A stretch of DNA of 64,000 bases from Octopus bimaculoides (Eukaryota). The translations under genes and the position numbers were made by a program. The notes under the pieces were generated by a model. The model was given only the letters and a program-made list of their open reading frames with translations, did no database searches and was not told the origin of the DNA. Shown here one piece after another: positions 1-13,621 of the stretch. Position 1 is the stretch's first letter. The number at the start of each line of letters is the position of its first letter. Where the stretch lies: NCBI RefSeq assembly GCF_001194135.2, contig NC_068994.1, forward strand, positions 32,114,124 through 32,178,123. The letters are read 5' to 3'.

Positions 1-52
<52 letters not shown>

Positions 53-650
53 GTACATATACATATATATATAAACATACATATGGATGTAATGTATATG
101 TGTGTGTATGTATATATTACTTATATACACACACACATGTACATCCATATGAATATATATATATATTACACATATACATAAATACATACATGCTAAGAGA
201 GAGAAAGAGAGAGAGAGAGTGAGGGAGAGTGAGAGGGAGTGAGAAAGAGAGAGAGTGAGGGAGAGTGAGAGGGAGTGAGAAAGACAGGCACAGCTTGCTT
301 TCAAATCATATGGTTTCCAGTTCAGTCTCACAGTGCAGCATTGTGGTCTGGTTTCATCTGGGATAGTTCTGGACCTACCAAAGCCTTGGGAAATGTATAT
401 AAAAAAAACCATATAAAGAGTCATAAAAACTCATATATACATGCAGATGCATGTATACATTACCATATACAGATATACATGGATACAAAAAGATAAACAT
501 ATGAGTACATATATGCATGCTCAGAAGCACATACATAGATGGCTGTACTTGCATGCCAAAATAGTCAACAGTCACTGTTACCATATGTGAGGGGGACAGA
601 CACATATATATATATATCCCCCCACACATACATACATACATATATGTATA

Positions 651-1064
651 TAGAACAAAAACAACCATCTTTGGTTTCAAGACGAAAAGTATTCTTCCAT
701 CAGGATAATGCTTGGCCAAATAAAGTGAGGATGATATTTGAACGGCTGGAGCAGTTTCAATGGGAAGCGATGCCCCATTTACCATATTCGCTGCACATTG
801 CACCACCTGATTATTATTTATTCTGCAGTCTTCAAAATCATTTGGACGAAAAATATGAATTCTGTAGAAGAAGTCAGAACAGTACTAGAGGAGTATTTTT
901 CATCACAGACAAGTAAATTTTGGAAGAGGGGCCTTGCATGTCTACCAGATAGATGGAAGAGCATTGTAGAAAATGAAGGAGAGTATATTTCAGAACTTTG
1001 TTAATCTTAATATTGAAAAATAAAATAAGTATAAAAAAACTGCATTGTTTATGGGATGACCCAA
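651..1064 (+). mobile_element. Mariner transposon 3' fragment (D,D34D transposase C-terminus plus right TIR), frameshifted
   Basis: Translation RRKVFFHQDNAW...PHLPYSLHIAPPDYYLFCSLQNHL has exactly 34 residues between the two Asp. After a frameshift near 856 it reads EEVRTVLEEYFSSQTSKFWKRGLACLPDRWKSIVENEGEYI. It ends in TIR-like gcattgtttatgggatgacccaa followed by TA. Confidence 0.92.
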
Positions 1065-1139
1065 TATATATATATATATATATTTATATATCATACATAT
1101 ATTTATGTATATATATGTACATATATATGTATGTATATG

Positions 1140-1955
1140 NNNNNNNNNNNNNNNNNNNNNNNNNNNNNNNNNNNNNNNNNNNNNNNNNNNNNNNNNNNNN
1201 NNNNNNNNNNNNNNNNNNNNNNNNNNNNNNNNNNNNNNNNNNNNNNNNNNNNNNNNNNNNNNNNNNNNNNNNNNNNNNNNNNNNNNNNNNNNNNNNNNNN
1301 NNNNNNNNNNNNNNNNNNNNNNNNNNNNNNNNNNNNNNNNNNNNNNNNNNNNNNNNNNNNNNNNNNNNNNNNNNNNNNNNNNNNNNNNNNNNNNNNNNNN
1401 NNNNNNNNNNNNNNNNNNNNNNNNNNNNNNNNNNNNNNNNNNNNNNNNNNNNNNNNNNNNNNNNNNNNNNNNNNNNNNNNNNNNNNNNNNNNNNNNNNNN
1501 NNNNNNNNNNNNNNNNNNNNNNNNNNNNNNNNNNNNNNNNNNNNNNNNNNNNNNNNNNNNNNNNNNNNNNNNNNNNNNNNNNNNNNNNNNNNNNNNNNNN
1601 NNNNNNNNNNNNNNNNNNNNNNNNNNNNNNNNNNNNNNNNNNNNNNNNNNNNNNNNNNNNNNNNNNNNNNNNNNNNNNNNNNNNNNNNNNNNNNNNNNNN
1701 NNNNNNNNNNNNNNNNNNNNNNNNNNNNNNNNNNNNNNNNNNNNNNNNNNNNNNNNNNNNNNNNNNNNNNNNNNNNNNNNNNNNNNNNNNNNNNNNNNNN
1801 NNNNNNNNNNNNNNNNNNNNNNNNNNNNNNNNNNNNNNNNNNNNNNNNNNNNNNNNNNNNNNNNNNNNNNNNNNNNNNNNNNNNNNNNNNNNNNNNNNNN
1901 NNNNNNNNNNNNNNNNNNNNNNNNNNNNNNNNNNNNNNNNNNNNNNNNNNNNNNN
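1140..1955. other. Assembly gap (first of 17)
   Basis: N runs. Other large gaps include 14758-15213, 17348-17881, 22076-22502, 37378-38108, 40321-41095, 46646-47308 and 51645-52141. Most abut microsatellites or SINEs. Confidence 1.
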
Positions 1956-1989
<34 letters not shown>

Positions 1990-2088
1990 TTAGGGATAAA
2001 AATCCAAATTTACAGGTAAAAACTCAATTAAATTCAATTTATTAAAAATTAAAATTAAATTAAGTTTCACAGTATATAATATACAAAA

Positions 2089-2386
2089 TATATAATTTAG
2101 AGAAAAGAACCAAAGCTCATGAACTCATCCATGAAAATCCACAGTCACATATAGAAAAAATTAATAAGTAAATACACGATAAATAAGTATAATAAAATAC
2201 AAAGTAAAAATCATAAAATAATAATAATAATAACAATAATAATAATAATAATAATAATAATATTTTATTATACATATTTATCGTGCATTTTATAATACAT
2301 AATTATCGTGTACTTATTAAGTTTTTCTATATGTGACTGTGGATTTCCATGGATCAGTTCATGAACTTTGGTTCTTTTCTCTAAAT

Positions 2387-2392
<6 letters not shown>
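2089..2392. repeat. Foldback inverted repeat, arms about 110-130 bp with an (AAT)n spacer
   Basis: 2089-2198 (tatataatttagagaaaagaaccaaagctcatgaac...) is the near-perfect reverse complement of 2261-2392 (...gttcatgaactttggttcttttctctaaattatata). Confidence 0.85.
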
Positions 2393-2429
<37 letters not shown>

Positions 2430-2866
2430 GAACACATGCACACACACACAACCATATATCCATATCGAAATAAGTAAGAAATGGAAGAAGTAAAATATGG
2501 TCTACGTCCATTTCATAGCAAAGTGATGTTTGTTACATAAGTTTGCAGCATACACAAAAATAGCTTTGCTTGTCTTCAAGTCCTGTAACCCCTATGTTGT
2601 TTACGTTGTCATTGTGAGGCTGAGGAATGGTAAGTGAGAAAAGAAAGAAAAGGAAAAAGAAAATTAAAAGAAAATGTACACACAGACACACACAAGGAGC
2701 AAAAAGGATTAATAAATCCAGGCAGATACCTATAAAGTCTTGATAATGTTGTGTTAGAACATACTTTTGGATATGTTAATTTGCCTGGTATTTTATGCTT
2801 TCTTCTGTACCTAAATATGATGGCATAATAGAAATGATCATTGGTAATGATCCATTCTTCTTCTTG

Positions 2867-2906
<40 letters not shown>

Positions 2907-3020
2907 NNNNNNNNNNNNNNNNNNNNNNNNNNNNNNNNNNNNNNNNNNNNNNNNNNNNNNNNNNNNNNNNNNNNNNNNNNNNNNNNNNNNNNNNGATGAA
3001 GATATCTATCTATCTATCTA

Positions 3021-3081
<61 letters not shown>

Positions 3082-3084
3082 TTG

Positions 3085-3181
<97 letters not shown>

Positions 3182-3915
3182 TTGTGTGTATTTACATACA
3201 CACTCACACATATATGCACGTATATTTTTGAGGGAAAAAATGAATGAAATATTCTGCAAAAACATTTTGATGAATATTTTTCGCAAGAATATTCCAATTT
3301 TCTTGAATTCAAACACTGAAATTCTACACATGTTGACTGATTGTCTGTCTTTTGATGGTTCCATACATACAATGAAAGCAAATTTATCCAGAATAAAAAT
3401 TTTACTGAATATTGCTTGTTTTTTCTCCTAAAGAATGTGTGTTTGTGTGTGTCTTTTAATCCATGCTAATATGGAAAATAGATGTTAAATAATGATGATA
3501 ATGATAACATATCCATATGTGTGTGTGTGCATGCCTCTCACTGTGTGTATGTATATGAGTGTATGTCTATATATATACATATATATTTTTATTTATCTAT
3601 CTACATATATATGTGTGTATGCCTGTTTGTGGCAGGATGGATATTTGTGTATTCATTTCTCTTTGTGTCCACTTGCATGGTTGTATGAGAAATATGTTAT
3701 TAAGACATTGTCTACAGTCTGGTGGTCTTCCTAACCCTTACCTGATTTTCAAACAAGGGATTCCTTATTCCATGCAAGTTTTTAACTGGTTCATTGACAA
3801 GAAAATTAGCAATAACACTTTTGGCAAAGTAAGATGTAAACAGACGCATAAGAATTCTCATGCACACATGAAAGAAACCTGTCATGTATATTATATATAT
3901 ATGTATGTGTGTGTG

Positions 3916-3960
<45 letters not shown>

Positions 3961-4300
3961 ACCCTCTTTGGTCATGAATGACCATGGAATTACACTCAGA
4001 AAGTTACCCTCTTAGGCACAAGTCTGGGCAAGATTGTTTATGGAAGACCAGTAGTTGCTCATGCATAACAGCCTCTGTTCTCCATGCAACCAATGTTATC
4101 CAAGGGAAAGGCAATGGCCAATACAGCGTGGCACTAGTGACATAACTCATTTCTACAGCTGAGTGAACTGGAGCAACATGAAAGAAAGTGAAAGAAGTTT
4201 TTCTGGCAGAGAACTTTTGAGCTTCTGAGGCAGAAGTTTGGATAACACGGAAATTGTATGAAGAAAATTGTCAAATTTTTTTGTTCATTGCAAAGAAAGT

Positions 4301-4465
4301 GGCAGGAGTGGCTGTGTGGTAAGTAAGTAGCTTGCTTACCAACCATATGGTTCCGGGTTCAGTCCCACTGCGTGGCATCTTGGGCAAATGTCTTCTACTA
4401 TAGCCTCGGGCTGACCAAAGCCTTGTGAGTGGATTTGGTAGACAGAAACTGAAAGAAGCCCGTCG

Positions 4466-4496
<31 letters not shown>

Positions 4497-4716
4497 TTTT
4501 GTGTGTCTGTGTTTGTCTCCCTAGCATTGCTTGACAAACGATGCTGGTGTGTTTATGTCCCCGTAACTTAGCGGTTCGGCAAAAGAGACTGATAGAATAA
4601 GTACTAGGCTTACAAAGAATAAGTCCCAGGGTCGATTTGCTCGACTAAAGGCGGTGCTCCAGCATGGCCGCAGTCAAATGACTGAAACAAATAAAAGAGT
4701 AAAAGAGTAAAGAGTA
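4301..4716 (+). mobile_element. SINE family A (tRNA-like head, internal (TA)n(TG)n, (AAAGAGT)n tail), full-length copy
   Basis: Head ggagtggctgtgtggtaag...ggttcagtcccactg, core gcatcttgggcaaatgtctt, tail ...gactgaaacaaataaaagagtaaaagagt. More than 10 homologous copies occur in this window. Confidence 0.9.
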
Positions 4717-5461
4717 AAGGTACATTAGGGAAAAGAATATATTCTTTGTCTTTCTGGTACTCCTTGCACCAGCTAAAGAAGTGTTTTCTCAATAATGTGT
4801 TGTCAGATGAGAGGGGCAACATAACAGAAGCTACAGGCAGGGTCCTTCAGATGACCTAAATATACATTCCATAAAGCTACTTAGAAATTTTTTAATAAAA
4901 TTAAAGATGATAATACATTTCTCAGAAAAGTAGCTTCAAGTGAAAAATATGAAAGTACTGATGATTGAATAAAATATTACTTGATAATAAAACCATGTGT
5001 TTAGTTAGCAAGCCAAAACAGATCATTGGATCCTGGTGCAGCTCTCCAACTTACTAGTTCCAGTCGAAACCTCTAACCCATGTCAGCATGGAAAACAGAT
5101 GTTAAATAACGATGATGATGCTGTCCAATAAAGAATAGTTACTTTGTATATCTGTTTTTGTTCACCATCTTTCTATGTCCTTCAGTCAGACTCTCACTCT
5201 ATCAAGTGATAAAGAGAAATCGTACATCTTTTGCTAAGAAAAGGCCATCATATCAGAAGAAAAATGCATTTATGTTAATAAATTTGTAGTGAAAAATCCC
5301 CAGAACCTTTGGCTGGTTGGGAGAGGAGACTCAGTTTCCAATAATAACTAACCCATATGCTGTAAACTCTTCATGCTTTGTGTGATATTCCCATTGGCCC
5401 CAGTTTCAGATCCCACAGTCCTGGATCTACCTCTGAAACTTATGGAAAGCCTGCACGTGTG

Positions 5462-5495
<34 letters not shown>

Positions 5496-5894
5496 GCTCC
5501 ATTTGACTTAAAGTTTCACAAATCATTTTAAATAATAACATATGTAACTTATGTTAAATGTGTTGAGTGCCTTTTTCTTTCATTCGTCCACTCACTCATA
5601 TATATATATATGTATATACATACATATAATGTATATATACCACCATTTGTTACTATATCCTTTCTGATTATGCCTATTCATCTGTCAATATATGTGTCTA
5701 TATACCTACTTCCCGGCCTTCCTTCATACATTCACACACACACACACACAAATTTATACATTGTATATAAAGACAAGGTGCTTTACTTATGTCTATTACA
5801 TACAATGTGGCCTAATCTACAGTAATACATTGTAGGTGTTGTACATAGCAACATACATATTCATATCTATGTATGTAAGTGTGTGTAGGTAAAC

Positions 5895-5931
<37 letters not shown>

Positions 5932-6864
5932 CTATCTTCTGTTTCTTTGTCAGTCTGTTCGACCATTTGCCAGTCTGTCTATCACAGTATGCTGCATAGC
6001 AAATGTTAAAATAAATGTTTCTTGTATCCAGTTCCATAGATCAGTTCATAGATTTGCATCTGTTAGGGACATTATTGATTATATTGCTCCCATAATTCTT
6101 ATTTTCACTTGAAGATAGGATTAAAGAATTAAAGGAAAAACAGAAAGAAAAAAAAGACATGTTAAGAAGAAATGGGCCAAATAAATGGATGAAAAATATA
6201 AAATATTTCTTTTAGAAGCATTTTCATCCATTTTCTTTCTTTCCCCATTTATCTTTTTTTTTTTTTTTAATTATTATTCATTTTGTCTTTACTTTTTATC
6301 ATTTTTCTTTCTCGCTATGGACATTTAAGGAATAAATGAACATAAAAATAAATACCTACCACCAAGAATAAAACATACATACATAAATACATAAGTGCAT
6401 ATATATATCTATATATATATGTGCACATATATATATACACACACATGCAGGCATAAATTACTACATACCTCCATCCATATAACACACATACACATGAATA
6501 TATGCATATAAATACTTACACACATACCTACATGCATACATTGATACATTTGCATATACATACATGCATACATACATAAATACATAGACACAATTATACA
6601 TACACACACACATGCATACAACAGCTAAGCATCAATATAATGGCTAAGAATCAATGTGAAGAATTAAGTTGGTGCCATTTAAGATATCACCAAGTACTTT
6701 GAATGCTGAAATCTTAATTTTTTTTCTTTATTTCTCCCCTCCCCCACCTTTTTTGAAAGAATTTATGTAGACATTAAAATTTTTTTTAAAGAATTTTAAA
6801 TAGACTGATCTGTCACACAACATCTTTTCACTTGTGATAAATAAATAAATGAACAAATAAATAA

Positions 6865-6935
<71 letters not shown>

Positions 6936-7194
6936 TCTTCTTCTTCTTCTTCTTCTTCTTCTTCTTCTTCTTCTTGTCTATTTTCTTATCATTATCACCA
7001 TCATCACCATCATCATCCCTGTCATCACCATCATCATCATTATCGTCATCATCATCATTGCTATCTCCTTCATCATTTGGCTTTACAAATTGTTTTCTTG
7101 TCAAACCACGATTCTTAGGTATTCTTGAATGATCCAACAAAGAATATTATATATATTTTGTTGTTGCTATAATCATCATCACCATCATCATCAC

Positions 7195-7236
<42 letters not shown>

Positions 7237-7287
7237 TCTTATTTTTTTGCATTGAGCATGTTTCCACTCATACATTCATAAATATTA

Positions 7288-7368
<81 letters not shown>

Positions 7369-7512
7369 TATGTACATAGTGCTTTAAATGCATACACTGC
7401 ATCATATATGCATAAAACATTTGTGTATACCAAGCATTGTGCACAGATTTATTCAGTAAAATTATGCACACAATAAAATAAAAAATAGAAATAAGAACTA
7501 CTACTACTATTG

Positions 7513-7546
<34 letters not shown>

Positions 7547-7616
7547 TATTGCTGACCTAGTAGGACATATTTTTGATTTGCTCTTCAAAGTGAAAGGTAT
7601 TTCTCCACATGAAATA

Positions 7617-8045
7617 ATTTGGCTGTGTGGTAAGAAGTTTGTTCCCCAACCACATAGTTCCAGGCTCAGTCCCACTCCATAGCACCTTGGGCAAGTCTCC
7701 TCTACTATAGCCTTGGGCCAACCAAAGCCTTGTGAATGGATTTGGCAGATGGAAACTGAAAGAAGCCCAGCGAATCTATCTATGTATATATCTATCTATC
7801 TATATAAACATGTGTGTGTGTGTGTCCATGTCTTTGTGTCTGTGTTTGACTCCCATCATAGCTTGACAACTGGTGCTTGTTTTGATTATGTTTCTGTAAC
7901 CTAGTGGTTCAGCAAAAAGAGATCTACATAAGTTCCAGATGTAAAGTAAAAAAAATATAAGTACCGGGGTTGTTTCATTTGACTAAAAGTTTTTAAGGCA
8001 GTGCCCCAGCATGGTCACAGTCTAATGACTGAAGCAGATAAAAGA
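7617..8045 (+). mobile_element. SINE family A copy (diverged)
   Basis: Aligns by eye along its length to 4301-4716. Confidence 0.85.
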
Positions 8046-8359
8046 CATATGTATGTGTGTGTGTGCATGTGTGTGTGTGCATGTGTGTGCGTATGCATAT
8101 GTGTGTGTGTGCATGTGTGTATTTGTGTCACCTTGTTTTGACATCGTGTAATAGTTGTAAATGATAGTCACTGTCACACAAGCAGTGTCATTCATTTCTA
8201 ACATGCCATGAGAACATGTTGGCTATGGCGAAATATTACTTTGCTCAGGAACAATTAATGGTTGGTGATAGGAGGGCATCCAGCTGTAGAAAATCTGCCT
8301 CACTAAACTCTGTTTGATCCATGCAAGTATGTAGTGGATGTTAAAATGATGAGGATCAT

Positions 8360-8740
8360 TTTTTTTATCGCTCCCAAACCATTCAAATCACTTTTGCCCC
8401 TTATTGACCATGTAGCAGTTTTTCTAGCCATCATTTTTGCATAGAATTCTGTAGCATTAGTTTTATCTTAGGTTTTAGCGTTTTAAACAATTTCTGTTTG
8501 CTATTTGTTGGCTCACTAAAAGACAGAAATCAACTTTTCATTTTGTTTTTATTTTGTAGCAATTTATGTTAGTTTTTGTTTATAACTTACAAAATATTTT
8601 TGGAGTTGTAAAGTGGATATTTTAGAATTGCTTTCTGATTGCACGAGATCACCATCTCCATTCATCCATGATAAATATAATATCTCTATATCCAATTTTG
8701 TATTGTGTCTCTTAAATGTAGTCATTATTTTCTTGTTTTT
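8360..8740 (-). pseudogene. RLE-type LINE relic (post-RT region)
   Basis: Minus-strand translation RHNTKLDIEILYLSWMNGDGDLVQSESNSKISTLQLQKYF ... WLEKLLHGQ resembles the HPKADVxRLYxPRxxGGRGL ... WxEKPLHGxY region of R4/Dong-like LINE ORFs. Confidence 0.7.
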
Positions 8741-8744
8741 ATGG

Positions 8745-8857
8745 TGGTGAACTGGCAGAAACGTTAGCATGCCAGGCGAAATGCTTAGCGGTATTTCGTT
8801 TGTCTTTACATTCTAAGTTCAAATTCTGCCAAGGTCGACTTTGCCTTTCATCCTTTC
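8745..8857 (+). mobile_element. SINE family B copy (ggcagaaacgttagca...gagttcaaattc...tttgcctttcatcc)
   Basis: B-box-like agttcaaattc. Homologous copies at 18789, 19112, 32045, 34700, 35942 and 44845. Confidence 0.8.
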
Positions 8858-8865
8858 TAGTTCAT

Positions 8866-9677
8866 ATTTCATGTTGTTTACTGTTTGTGACGTCCTGTAC
8901 CCATATATATATTATTTATATTATTATTTAATTGAATGCCATGCATCCATTTCTAAGTAAGTTTATCTTAATCTTTTTGATGCGACTCTACTCTATACTG
9001 TTTTCTCCCCAACTGTTTTCTCTCTCATCCTTTCTCTAATTCTTTTTTCTCTCCTTTACCGTTTTCTATCTGTCTCTCTCCCCCTCGTTCTCCTTCACTC
9101 TTTCTCGTTGCTCACACATGACCATCGTCCATCTTTCTTTTCCTCATGCAATCATCTTTCTTTTCCTCATGCAATCATCTTTCTTTTCCTCATGCAATCA
9201 TCTTTCTTTTCTTTCAAGGCTGTTCTAGAGGTTGGACCTATCCTAACTATCTTTCTCTTCTATCTTTTATCTTGTCAAAGAAAATGTTTCTCCAGCATTC
9301 ACTATTTTACCCTTGTTTTGATCTAATGACCTCCATGTTTGTTTCCATTCAGTTTCCTTGTATGTCTCCATTGTCCTGTTTATTTTCTCAACTTTGACTC
9401 TCCATATATCCCAAATTTTATTTTGTATTTGTGGGAGCAACTATCTTCAAAGACTCATATATTCATTCAGTGCTCAAAATGAGGAGTAGACAGGCAGCTG
9501 ACAACTGATGAAAGATCATTCTTTATGTTACTTGTCCTGTTTTCCATTTGTTTCTCTCGTTTGCATTTTCAACTCATTTGTTTTCCCATTTCATGTTGTT
9601 TACTGTTTGTGATGTCCTGTACCCATACATGCATATATACATGTATTATATCATTATTTGATTGAATGCCACGCATC
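8866..9677 (+). repeat. Direct repeat of about 85 bp (8866-8947 and 9588-9677) directly upstream of the Penelope-like relic
   Basis: atttcatgttgtttactgtttgtga(c/t)gtcctgtacccata...ttgaatgcca(t/c)gcatc occurs twice. The second copy runs into a gap. Confidence 0.8.
9130..9211. repeat. 23-bp tandem repeat, about 3.5 copies
   Basis: Unit catctttcttttcctcatgcaat. Confidence 0.9.
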
Positions 9678-9687
9678 NNNNNNNNNN

Positions 9688-9718
<31 letters not shown>

Positions 9719-9987
9719 CACACATACAGAGAAAGATACTGAGAAATTTTGTAGAAAATTTTGCTTATGGGAATTTATTCAAAGGAAGTGTTATGAAGAT
9801 TTACCACTTGTAAAAAAACAAAAAACAAATTTAAACTTCTAGTGAACAGAAATATACTCTTTGAGGAATCTATAATGTGTCTGAACACATCATCTGCAAA
9901 CTCAAACATTCCAGCAAATTGTATAAAATTGAGCATTACAAATGAAGAGCAAAAGGCACTGGAATATATGGAAACACTCCTCTAGAG

Positions 9988-10150
9988 CAGTTGTTGTTCT
10001 CAACTGGGGTCCATTTGACCCATGGGGATCCATATAAACTTTTGTGGAGTCCATGCAAGTAAATTAGTAAATTGGAGATCTACAATGATATTTTAAGGGT
10101 CCATGAGAAAATTTTTAGATCCATTGTAAAGAAATGGTTGAGAAGAACTA
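9988..10150. mobile_element. hAT/Charlie-like MITE inserted in the Penelope relic
   Basis: Ends cagttgttgttctcaac and gttgagaagaacta are degenerate TIRs of the CAGTGGTTCTCAAC type. The left flank is ctctagag, which fits the NTCTAGAN target preference. No right TSD was found. Confidence 0.55.
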
Positions 10151-11508
10151 AATGACCAACATTTCAGCAAAAGATTAAAAACCAATTCAGATAGATAAAC
10201 AATGAACAAAATTGGTAAATTAACAGACATATTAAAAATAGTTTAATGGAAATGGAGTTGGACTTCCTCAGGAATTTTGAGGTAGTCCAACTACTATGAA
10301 CTATGGAAAATTAATAAACTTAAAGAAGTCCATAACAGTTTAAAGGGCCTTCATTCACCATTATATAAAGATTATTAAACCATCTGGTTTAAAGTTATAT
10401 CCAAATGTTGCAAGAACAACATCAAGCACCCAACATTTAAACAATTTACTTGACATAATTTGGAAACCATTGTGCCATTTGGTTCTTGATTTTTTTTGAG
10501 ATGAGATGGAGTTCCTTAACTTTGTTCCAGAAAGTGTGAGTATTGCTATGATTCTGATTAGTTTCAATGTGACCAGCCGCTACATGAATATACCCTGTAC
10601 ATTAGGATTAGAAGGTATGGAATTCTGGATAAATACCCACACAAAATTCAGGGGAAATTCTTATAAGAATTCAATCTGGAAAGATTAGGATTGGTGATCG
10701 AAAACAAATACTTCTTTGATAACTGATATTACCTTCAAATAAAAGAGATGGCTACAGACACGACAGTTGCAATCACTTTTGCAACACTAGAGATGGAATT
10801 CATTGAAGAAACAAAATCTAAGTCTGATCTGGGATTACTTTTGATCAACGCTTCCAATCTTTGACTGGAAAAGATACCTGGATAACTGCTTCATATTTTT
10901 GGAACAGAAGTAAAGAAGTCCTTACAAGGCTCCTTAAATTAATTAATAACATTCATGCATTGATCCAATGAATAATAGAAAATAAGTGAAAGAAAACTTT
11001 CTTTTTTGTCGTTTTTGGTAATTAAGGAAAATGAAACTGTTACAACTGATATCTGTTGTAGGGATACAGACACACAACAATACTTAGATTTTTGACCTTG
11101 CCATTCATCATACTATCCCATTTAACATGGCATAAATGTATATATTCATTAGTTAGAGACTCAAGTAGGTAAGAGAAAGACAAGTGGTAATACTAAATAT
11201 ATTACTCCAGAAAACTCATTAAACCATGCCATAATCAGGCAAAACTTATGAAGAAATCCTCGCAATGAAGGGCAAAACAAAAATGTAAATCTTTCATTTG
11301 TTGTTACCCATAATCCAAGAAACCACATCTTACATCTGGTTAAACAATACAGAAATCATAAAATCTTAGAAAACTAGTTAAATAGGTACAAATTATTAAT
11401 GGCCAAAGACTAAAGATAATAGCAGAAGAATTTACAACAGAAGGAGAACTTATGCAGGTAACAAAATGTGGAGACCTTCATTGTGGGTATGCAAATTCAT
11501 TAGAGAGA

Positions 11509-11715
11509 AAGTTCATCACCATCAATTCACCAGATAAAAAGTTCACTGCCATCAATTCACCATGAAGAAAGTTCAACCCGAGGAAAGTTTATCAAGAAAA
11601 TATATCCATAGTATCTCACCATTAATAGTCAAAAACTATTTTATTGGGAAAAACCAAAAAACAGTGAATTGATGACAGTGAACTTTCCCTGCAGTGAATT
11701 GATGATGATGAACTT
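11509..11715. mobile_element. Small foldback element with tandem subterminal 30-bp units, inserted in the Penelope linker
   Basis: Left aagttcatcaccatcaattcaccagataaaaagttcactgccatcaattcac is the reverse complement of right gtgaattgatgacagtgaactttccctgcagtgaattgatgatgatgaactt. Confidence 0.8.
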
Positions 11716-13439
11716 ACTGGACATGGTGTAAATTAATTGAAAAGGGCAAAACCAACAGATCCAAGAATGGAAATGAATTGATAGTTAATGCAAATATGAA
11801 TTACCAGACAAAAAAATCTCATTCTCTGCAACACAAGCCCAAAATATGATGAGAGTTATATCAGCCAAACAGAATCAAAATTTGCAGAACTGTATTTGCA
11901 GAAGAGTATATAAGCAACATTTCAAAGATTCATCTCTTAGAAATGTTCCATGTAGTGAGCATTTAGACATTTGTGCAAACAGAAAATTTAAAGTATTCCT
12001 TTTTACAATATAATTTAAGAAAACGATCAATTATGAAAATCAAAAGACTATTTTATAAGAATTCTAAATTTGAAACTAAACTAGAAATAATAAGCACTGA
12101 TGCTAAAAACAACTACCTGTATACAAATTACCTTAAAATATGTGTATTTGAAAAGCTGAACATTTTTCATAAGATTTGTGCCAATCTGTGTTTTTAAAGT
12201 TTTTTTTTTTAATGTAAAAAATAACTTTTAATTTAAGAAGATATTTCTTCAGATATTTTGATTGTATCAAGAATTTCTTTCTAAAAACTATATATATTTA
12301 CATACAAATATACACACACATACATACACAAACTTACATATATATATATATGTGTGTGTTATGTGGGTGCATGTATATGTGTAAATATATATATACATAT
12401 ATACGTATATATGTATATGTGTGTGTATACATACAGTATATATATATGTATATACATTTTTATATACATACATACATTTGTATGTATGTATGTATGTATG
12501 TCTATCTATCTATCTATTTGTCTGTCTGTCTGTCTGTCTATCTGTCTATCTGTCTGTCTATAAATGTATACATGCATATATATGTGCCACAAACACACCT
12601 TAACATAGTTACTAGCTAATGCCTAGCTCGATGAATCCTGTAAAGCACTAAAGTTCTGATGAACCAATGCATGTGTCTATATTTATGTGTGTGTGTGTGT
12701 GTGTGTGGGTGTGTGTGTATGCAGAAAGAAAGAGTGAGAATCAGGGAAACAGACAGACAGAGGGAGAGATGGAGAGAGAGAAAGAGAGAAAGAGAGATCA
12801 AACGAAACGTGTGAGAAATTATGACTGTATCCATCGGCAATCATTACTTTAAGGAATGGGCACAAATAATATAAACGTGACAATAGTTACACACACACAC
12901 ACATGCACGCACACACACACTCACATGCATGTCTGTACATGCACACACATACATATTTCACCCACCTCTGTTTTATTACAAAAGATTTCATTTTTATTTT
13001 TTTATTATATATATCTTCTTTTTCTTTTCTTTTTCAACATTTGTCTCCCCTTTGCATGAAACTTTAGTGATTTATCTTTGGCTCATGCATTGGGGAAGGG
13101 ATGGATGCAAATAATTTTTCAATGACAATAGCAAGAACAACAACAATCGTAGTGTATACGAATGGAAACATACATATATCGGAATATGTCAAAGATTATT
13201 TGTGTGTTTCGATTGTGTTCTTTTTCCAATAATTTTTTCATATAAAATTTTTTTCTGCATTCTAGTTTTTTTTTTGCATATTTGTTAATTTTTGTAAACT
13301 TCAGTTTTATGTGTTACCATGAAAGAAAAAAAAGAATTTTTACATGGACTAATAAATATATTGCTATCTATAATCTTCAAAGACACTTCTGGATAATAAT
13401 ATTGATAATAATATTGATAATAATATTAACAACAACAAT

Positions 13440-13542
13440 AAGGTAGTCGTTGATGATGTTGATGTTAGTGGTGGTGATGACAATAATGATGATAATGGTG
13501 GTGGTGGTGGTGGTGATGGTGATGTGATAATGATGATGATAG

Positions 13543-13621
<79 letters not shown>

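Larger units (their letters stand above)
9727..12084 (+). mobile_element. Decayed Penelope-like retroelement (RT plus GIY-YIG endonuclease), many stops and frameshifts, two nested insertions
   Basis: Motifs appear in the expected order across frames: RKFCLWEF; SNYYELWKINK (cf. SNFYGLPKIHK); ISFNVTSRYMNIP (cf. SFDVxSLYTNIP); YYLQIKEMAT (cf. YxQxxGTAMG); WKRYLDNCFIFW (YLDN at 10875-10886); VTTDICCRDTDTQQYLDF; KCGDLHCG..CK; NLILCNTSPKYDESYISQT; RVYKQH..VPCSEHLDIC; KDYFIRILNLKLN*. Confidence 0.88.

Noticed and set aside
998-2045. Long ORFs containing X (also at 14554-15323, 17263-17997, 37219-38221, 40100-41173, 46221-47705, 51330-52301, 54950-55700)
   Set aside because: They stay open only because they cross N gaps.
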